Assembly: GCA_049840855.1 (NCBI GenBank)
Contig: JASGJF010000034.1
Span: forward strand, 3,520 to 67,519
Source: Chitinophagaceae bacterium
Lineage (GTDB): Bacteria > Bacteroidota > Bacteroidia > Chitinophagales > Chitinophagaceae
Direction of reading: 5' to 3'
Length of the DNA stretch: 64,000 nt
Shown: positions 59,140-64,000 of the stretch, in pieces
How positions within the stretch are numbered: the first letter of the stretch is position 1
Layout of the letters: each line of letters starts with the position of its first letter
Notes under the pieces: generated by a model
Databases searched by the model: none
What the model saw: only the letters and a program-made list of their open reading frames with translations
What the model was told of the DNA's origin: nothing
Translations under genes and position numbers: made by a program

Positions 59140-60528
59140 TTATTTCACCCCATGCATCATTTTAGAGATCGGTTTCGACAAAGCCACCATGATGAGTCCA
59201 AGGACGATTACCGCCGTAGAAATGCTTGTGAAAATTGTCTTAGCACCCAGTTCCTCTACAAATGCTGCCAGATAGCCACCTACGATATTCGCAATAAATG
59301 TAGCCAGCATCCATACGCCCATCATCAGGGATGCATATTTGGGGTGCGCCAGTTTTGTCACCACAGACAGTCCTACCGGAGACAGGCAAAGCTCACCGAT
59401 CGTATGCAGCAGGTAGGTCAGTACGAGCCAGATCAGGCTTGCTTTTACCGTTTCGTCCTGGATATCGCCGCCGCGTTGGGCAATCGCACCCAGCATGAAG
59501 AAATAGCCGATACCGAGCAATACCATGCCCAGACCCATTTTCACCGGAGTGCTCAGGCGCTGACCGAGTTTGGAAACCCAGAAAATACTGAATAATGGAG
59601 CCAATACGATAATGAACAATGGATTCACAGACTGGAACCACGGTGTGGGTATCGTGAAGTTGCCTACCTGGCGGTTGATGAATTTGTCGGTGTACAGGGA
59701 AAGAGAAGAGCCTGCCTGTTCAAAACCTGCCCAGAAGAAGATCACAAATGCCGTCAGGATAAAGATCACCGTCATTTGCTGTTTATTCTCTTTCGTCACA
59801 GGCTGCGCTGCCAGTGCGTGGTGTGCGTCGTTATTACCGCCTGCTACCGTTTTGGCAGGAGCTTTACCAATGGTGCCCAGATATTTTGCTGCGAGTGCGT
59901 TGAAGATGATCTGTCCGAGCAACATGCCGATACCGGAAGCGAGGAAACCCCATTTGTATCCGTAGGAAACAATATTACCTGCTTCATCTTTTACGGAGAA
60001 TATGTTGTCGGTAAACTGACCGATTACCAGTGGCGCAAGGAATGCTCCGAGGTTAATACCCATGTAGAAAATAGAGAATGCAGCATCGCGACGTGGGTCT
60101 TTCGCTTCATAAAGGCGGCCAACGAGCGTGGAAATGTTCGGTTTGAAAAATCCGTTACCGATAATCAACAGTAATAATCCCAGGTACATGCCCGTATGCG
60201 TATTGATCGCAAAAAGCGTAAACTGACCCACCATCATCGTAAGCCCGCCGATGGTAATCGCCAGTCGCTGCCCGAGGTAGCGGTCGGCCAGCCAGCCCCC
60301 GATCAATGGTGTGAAATACACAAAACCGGTGAAATAACCATAGATCTGAGATGCCATTGCAGGATCGATCGCCAAACCGCCTTCAAAATATTTCTTTGTC
60401 AGGTAAAGGATCAGGATACCACGCATACCGTAGTAACTGAAGCGCTCCCACATCTCTGTGAAGAATAAAAGATAAAGCGCCTTAGGGTGTCCCTTCTGCG
60501 GGATGGGTGTCGACAAGTCTGCTGCCAT
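59140..60528 (-). CDS. Proton-dependent oligopeptide transporter (POT/PTR MFS)
   Basis: EMWERFSYYGMR, GNGFFKPN, FYMGINLG, FQSVNP, GELCLSPVG. Confidence 0.96.
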   Translation of the reverse strand: MAADLSTPIPQKGHPKALYLLFFTEMWERFSYYGMRGILILYLTKKYFEGGLAIDPAMASQIYGYFTGFVYFTPLIGGWLADRYLGQRLAITIGGLTMMVGQFTLFAINTHTGMYLGLLLLIIGNGFFKPNISTLVGRLYEAKDPRRDAAFSIFYMGINLGAFLAPLVIGQFTDNIFSVKDEAGNIVSYGYKWGFLASGIGMLLGQIIFNALAAKYLGTIGKAPAKTVAGGNNDAHHALAAQPVTKENKQQMTVIFILTAFVIFFWAGFEQAGSSLSLYTDKFINRQVGNFTIPTPWFQSVNPLFIIVLAPLFSIFWVSKLGQRLSTPVKMGLGMVLLGIGYFFMLGAIAQRGGDIQDETVKASLIWLVLTYLLHTIGELCLSPVGLSVVTKLAHPKYASLMMGVWMLATFIANIVGGYLAAFVEELGAKTIFTSISTAVIVLGLIMVALSKPISKMMHGVK

Positions 60529-60640
60529 ATAAACCTATTGATTGTTAACGTTACTGAAAAATCGAGCCAAGATACTTCAAAAAAGCAAATGGCAAAGGGG
60601 GAATTTTTTGGTTACTTTGCAGCCAAATTCAAAAACGCAG

Positions 60641-61921
60641 ATGAATATCCTGTTACTGGGTTCCGGCGGCCGCGAATGCGCAATCAGCTGGAAACTGAGC
60701 CAAAGTCCGAAATGTAAACAATTGTTCATTGCACCGGGTAACGCCGGTACGCAGCAATATGGCACCAATGTAGCAATAGGTATCAATGATTTCCCTGCGC
60801 TTAAAGCTTTTTGCCTTCAGCATAAAATCGATATCCTGTTTCCGGGTTCGGAAGAACCGCTGGTGAACGGTGTATTTGATTTTTTCAAAAATGATCCTGA
60901 ATTAAAGCATATCATCATTCCAGGTCCCAGTAAAGCTGGGGCTCAGCTGGAAGGCAGCAAGGCATTCTCTAAAAAGCTGATGGCGCGCCATGGCATCCCT
61001 ACGGCTGCCTATGCAGAATTTGACGCGCAGAATTTTGAAGAGGGACTGGCGTACCTGGACCGGCATTCACTGCCTATTGTATTGAAAGCTGATGGACTTG
61101 CCGCAGGTAAAGGGGTGATCATCACTTCCGACAGGGAAGAGGCCAAAACTGTTTTTACAGATATGATCCGCAATGCACAATTCGGTGCGGCCGGTGCTAC
61201 CGTTGTGGTGGAGGAGTTCCTGCAGGGTGTGGAACTTTCAGTTTTTGCTTTCACAGACGGAACCAATTATGTATTGCTGCCTGAAGCAAAAGATTACAAA
61301 CGGATTGGCGAAGGAGATACCGGACCTAATACCGGAGGCATGGGTGCTATTTCTCCCGTACCTTTTGCAAAAGGGGCGTTCATGGAAAAAGTTGTGAGCC
61401 GTATTGTCGAGCCGACAGTGAATGCTTTACGCGAAGAGTCGCTGCAATACCAGGGTTTTATTTTCTTCGGACTTATCAATGTGGCCGGTGACCCCTACGT
61501 GATCGAATACAATTGCCGTATGGGCGATCCTGAAACGGAGGTGGTAATGCCGCGCCTGGAGAATGACCTTGTTGAGCTTGTATTGCAAATGGGTGAGCAG
61601 CGCCTGAACGAGGTACATGTCCGTCATCGCGAAGGAGCGGCCGCTACCGTAATGCTGGTAAGCCATGGTTATCCCGGAGATTACGCAAAAGGTAAGGTCG
61701 TTACCGGAACAGAGCAGGTTGCAGATAGTATCTTGTTTCACGCGGGAACCGTACTGCAGGACGCGCGAGTACTTACTTCCGGAGGCCGGGTTATGGCTGT
61801 AACGTCCATTGCTTCAACCTTGAAGGAAGCATTGGCACAAAGCTACCGTAATGCGGCGCTGGTGCAATTTGAAGGCAAACATTACCGCAACGATATCGGA
61901 TACGAATTTCCCGATGCGTGA
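60641..61921 (+). CDS. purD: Phosphoribosylamine-glycine ligase
   Basis: GSGGRE, APGNAG, LEGSK, KADGLAAGKGV, GPNTGGMG, EYNCRMGDPE, TSGGRV. Confidence 0.98.
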   Translation: MNILLLGSGGRECAISWKLSQSPKCKQLFIAPGNAGTQQYGTNVAIGINDFPALKAFCLQHKIDILFPGSEEPLVNGVFDFFKNDPELKHIIIPGPSKAGAQLEGSKAFSKKLMARHGIPTAAYAEFDAQNFEEGLAYLDRHSLPIVLKADGLAAGKGVIITSDREEAKTVFTDMIRNAQFGAAGATVVVEEFLQGVELSVFAFTDGTNYVLLPEAKDYKRIGEGDTGPNTGGMGAISPVPFAKGAFMEKVVSRIVEPTVNALREESLQYQGFIFFGLINVAGDPYVIEYNCRMGDPETEVVMPRLENDLVELVLQMGEQRLNEVHVRHREGAAATVMLVSHGYPGDYAKGKVVTGTEQVADSILFHAGTVLQDARVLTSGGRVMAVTSIASTLKEALAQSYRNAALVQFEGKHYRNDIGYEFPDA

Positions 61922-62106
61922 TATACAAAGGTATAGCATCACAGAATTGTCAGATTTTAAAGTGCGCTTTTGATATTCTGATAGTTAAATCCTTATTTTT
62001 CAGAGTTTTTTATACCCGGACGGTTACGCATGTATTGTGTAGCCGTTTGTTTTTCAATCCCTTACCTTTTTTCTGAGGCAGCAGGAGCGTATATTTGTAC
62101 AGCTCA

Positions 62107-62964
62107 ATGATCAACGAATACATAAGCCCCCATTCTCTGAACCCGGCACAACAGTTGCTCGGAAAGGAAGTATTGGTCGTTAACCGCCAGGAAATCCGGT
62201 TCAATAAACTGGTTTCGGGCAGCGCTTATACCGTAAATCATCCTGAAGCACAGCTTCCCAACCAGTTTGCGACAATTATGTGTCCTGCAAAAGGCGGCGC
62301 ACAAGGTACAATCCGGATACTCTGCCTGAAGCACGATTTTACTGCGGTGGGCTCTGCTGTTGTATATGCAATCGATTACGAGCCTGCTTTTCTGGATCAA
62401 TGGGAGGAAAGTGACTGGTCGCTTGAGCGCGCGTTAACGGACAACAATACGGGATTGCAGTTCAGTTTCGATCCTGATAGTCAGGAAACCGTCAGGTACT
62501 TGTTTCATCCGGCAGGATCTGTTTCTTTTGAAAAAAAGCTGCAGCAGATGACTGCTGTTACAGGCTTATTGCAGCATGCTTTGCGCCAGATCAACGCTGC
62601 AAAAATATCTTATGCTGTTCCTGCCTGCAGCTTCCTGAACAACAATACCGAGCAGCGCGATAAGGTGATGATGGCGCGGGAAATACTTGAGCGGGAATTC
62701 GATCAGATGCTGTCCATTAAAGAACTTTCCCGTCGCGTGGCGATCAATGAATGCTATCTGAAAAAAGGGTTTAAAGCGATGTTCGGTAAAACGATCAACG
62801 AATACCAGCAGCATTTACGCATTGAAGAAGCTAAGCGATTACTGCAGAAAGAAGGGCTGAATGTAAGCAGTGTAGCCGGCATCCTGGGATACAGCAGTAT
62901 ATCTCATTTCAGTACCGCCTTTAAAAAGGCGACCAATATGAAGCCCTGTGAGCTTCTTAAATAA
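62107..62964 (+). CDS. AraC family transcriptional regulator
   Basis: LSIKELSRRVAINECYLKKGFKAMFG...VAGILGYSSISHFSTAFKK; promoter TATATTTG 62090-62097. Confidence 0.92.
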   Translation: MINEYISPHSLNPAQQLLGKEVLVVNRQEIRFNKLVSGSAYTVNHPEAQLPNQFATIMCPAKGGAQGTIRILCLKHDFTAVGSAVVYAIDYEPAFLDQWEESDWSLERALTDNNTGLQFSFDPDSQETVRYLFHPAGSVSFEKKLQQMTAVTGLLQHALRQINAAKISYAVPACSFLNNNTEQRDKVMMAREILEREFDQMLSIKELSRRVAINECYLKKGFKAMFGKTINEYQQHLRIEEAKRLLQKEGLNVSSVAGILGYSSISHFSTAFKKATNMKPCELLK

Positions 62965-62999
62965 ATTAAACGCTAGTTTTACGTCTTAATTTATGTTCC

Positions 63000-63824
63000 G
63001 TGCTTCATTTTCCCAATGCTAAAATCAATATTGGATTATTTGTCACCGGCAGGCGTCCCGACGGTTATCACAATCTTGAAAGTGTTTTTTATCCGCTTCC
63101 TTTCCTGAAAGATGCGCTGGAAGTGCTTCCGCTTGAGTCGGGAGTAGATCCTGTGATGGAAATTAAAGGCAAAAATGTTCCCGGGGCGCTATCTGATAAT
63201 CTCGTGCTGAAGGCATTCCGTTTATTGCAGCAGGCTTTTCCGGACAGGGTGCACCCCGTGCATATACGTCTCCTGAAGGCAATCCCGATGGGAGCGGGAA
63301 TGGGCGGTGGTTCCGCGGATGGTACGTTTATGCTGCGTCTGCTGAACCGTTTTTTTGAATTGGGTCTTACTGATGATCAGCTTGCTGCTTTTGCACTCGA
63401 GCTGGGCAGCGATTGTCCTTTCTTCGTGTACAATACACCTCAGTTTGCTTGCGGCCGTGGAGAAAAACTTTCGCCTGTACCTGTCGACCTGAGTGCATAC
63501 AGCATACAGGTGATCTGCCCTGACCTGCATATCCCTACGGCACTCGCTTTTTCAGGTGTTACTCCGGCTCCTGCTCCTTTTGATCTCAGACAGATTTCAG
63601 GTCTTCCGGTGCCGGAATGGAAATCAGTGATCCGGAATGATTTTGAGAAAAGTGTATTTGCCGCACATCCGGTACTTGCAGACATCAAATCCGAATTATA
63701 TGCGCAGGGCGCTGTTTACGCTTCTATGAGCGGCAGTGGCAGTGCTCTTTATGGCATATTCCCGAAAGGAGAACATGCGGTAGTTGATTCCCCGGAAATC
63801 AGGGAGTCGTTTTATGCTGCATAA
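63000..63824 (+). CDS. ispE: 4-diphosphocytidyl-2-C-methyl-D-erythritol kinase
   Basis: PNAKINIGL, RPDGYH, IPMGAGMGGGSAD, LGSDCPFF, NDFE, MSGSGS. Confidence 0.97.
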   Translation: MLHFPNAKINIGLFVTGRRPDGYHNLESVFYPLPFLKDALEVLPLESGVDPVMEIKGKNVPGALSDNLVLKAFRLLQQAFPDRVHPVHIRLLKAIPMGAGMGGGSADGTFMLRLLNRFFELGLTDDQLAAFALELGSDCPFFVYNTPQFACGRGEKLSPVPVDLSAYSIQVICPDLHIPTALAFSGVTPAPAPFDLRQISGLPVPEWKSVIRNDFEKSVFAAHPVLADIKSELYAQGAVYASMSGSGSALYGIFPKGEHAVVDSPEIRESFYAA

Positions 63825-63838
63825 TATTGTTCCAACGA

Positions 63839-63865
63839 CAAAGGGAGCCATAAAGGCTCCCTTTG
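63839..63865. terminator. Bidirectional terminator
   Basis: caaagggagcc/ggctccctttg stem between convergent genes. Confidence 0.82.
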
Positions 63866-63883
63866 CTATTCTGTAAATAAATA

Positions 63884-64000
63884 TCAACGTCTGAAACCTC
63901 TGGCAGGTTGCGCATTGTTCTGAGGAACGGATTGCGGAGCCTGACGCTGATCGAAGCGTTGCGGTTGCTGCTGCATCTGTTGCTGTTGCATTCTTTGTCG
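63884..64000 (-). CDS. C-terminal Gln-rich low-complexity tail of a gene entering from the right edge
   Basis: RQRMQQQQMQQQPQRFDQRQAPQSVPQNNAQPARGFRR*, ending just before the terminator. Confidence 0.7.
   Translation of the reverse strand, partial: RQRMQQQQMQQQPQRFDQRQAPQSVPQNNAQPARGFRR

Overview
Chromosomal window from a Bacteroidota bacterium, probably Chitinophagaceae-like (TAnnTTTG promoters, T9SS substrate, GLPGLI protein, eukaryote-type citrate synthase, rpmB-rpmG-DUF4295). Many single-base indels break conserved genes (thiD, prfC, TPR protein, sugar transferase, EamA, TonB), which points to an unpolished long-read consensus. Bases 1-11301 form one giant fold-back: arm 1..5522, loop 5523..5820, arm 5821..11301. 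It duplicates a TPP-riboswitch thiM-thiE-thiD-tenA salvage operon and a T9SS beta-helix gene. The second arm is error-rich, so it is most likely a read or assembly artefact. The rest is mostly housekeeping. The accessory elements are a low-GC Panacea antitoxin + MAG6450-like toxin pair, an Xre/ParS-RES toxin-antitoxin pair with visible operator repeats, several small lipoprotein genes, and an unexplained ~440-bp intergenic array with 21/42-nt periodicity (about 58618-59056). No rRNA, complete tRNA, CRISPR array, transposase or integrase was seen. Family assignments come from motif recognition by eye, not from database searches.
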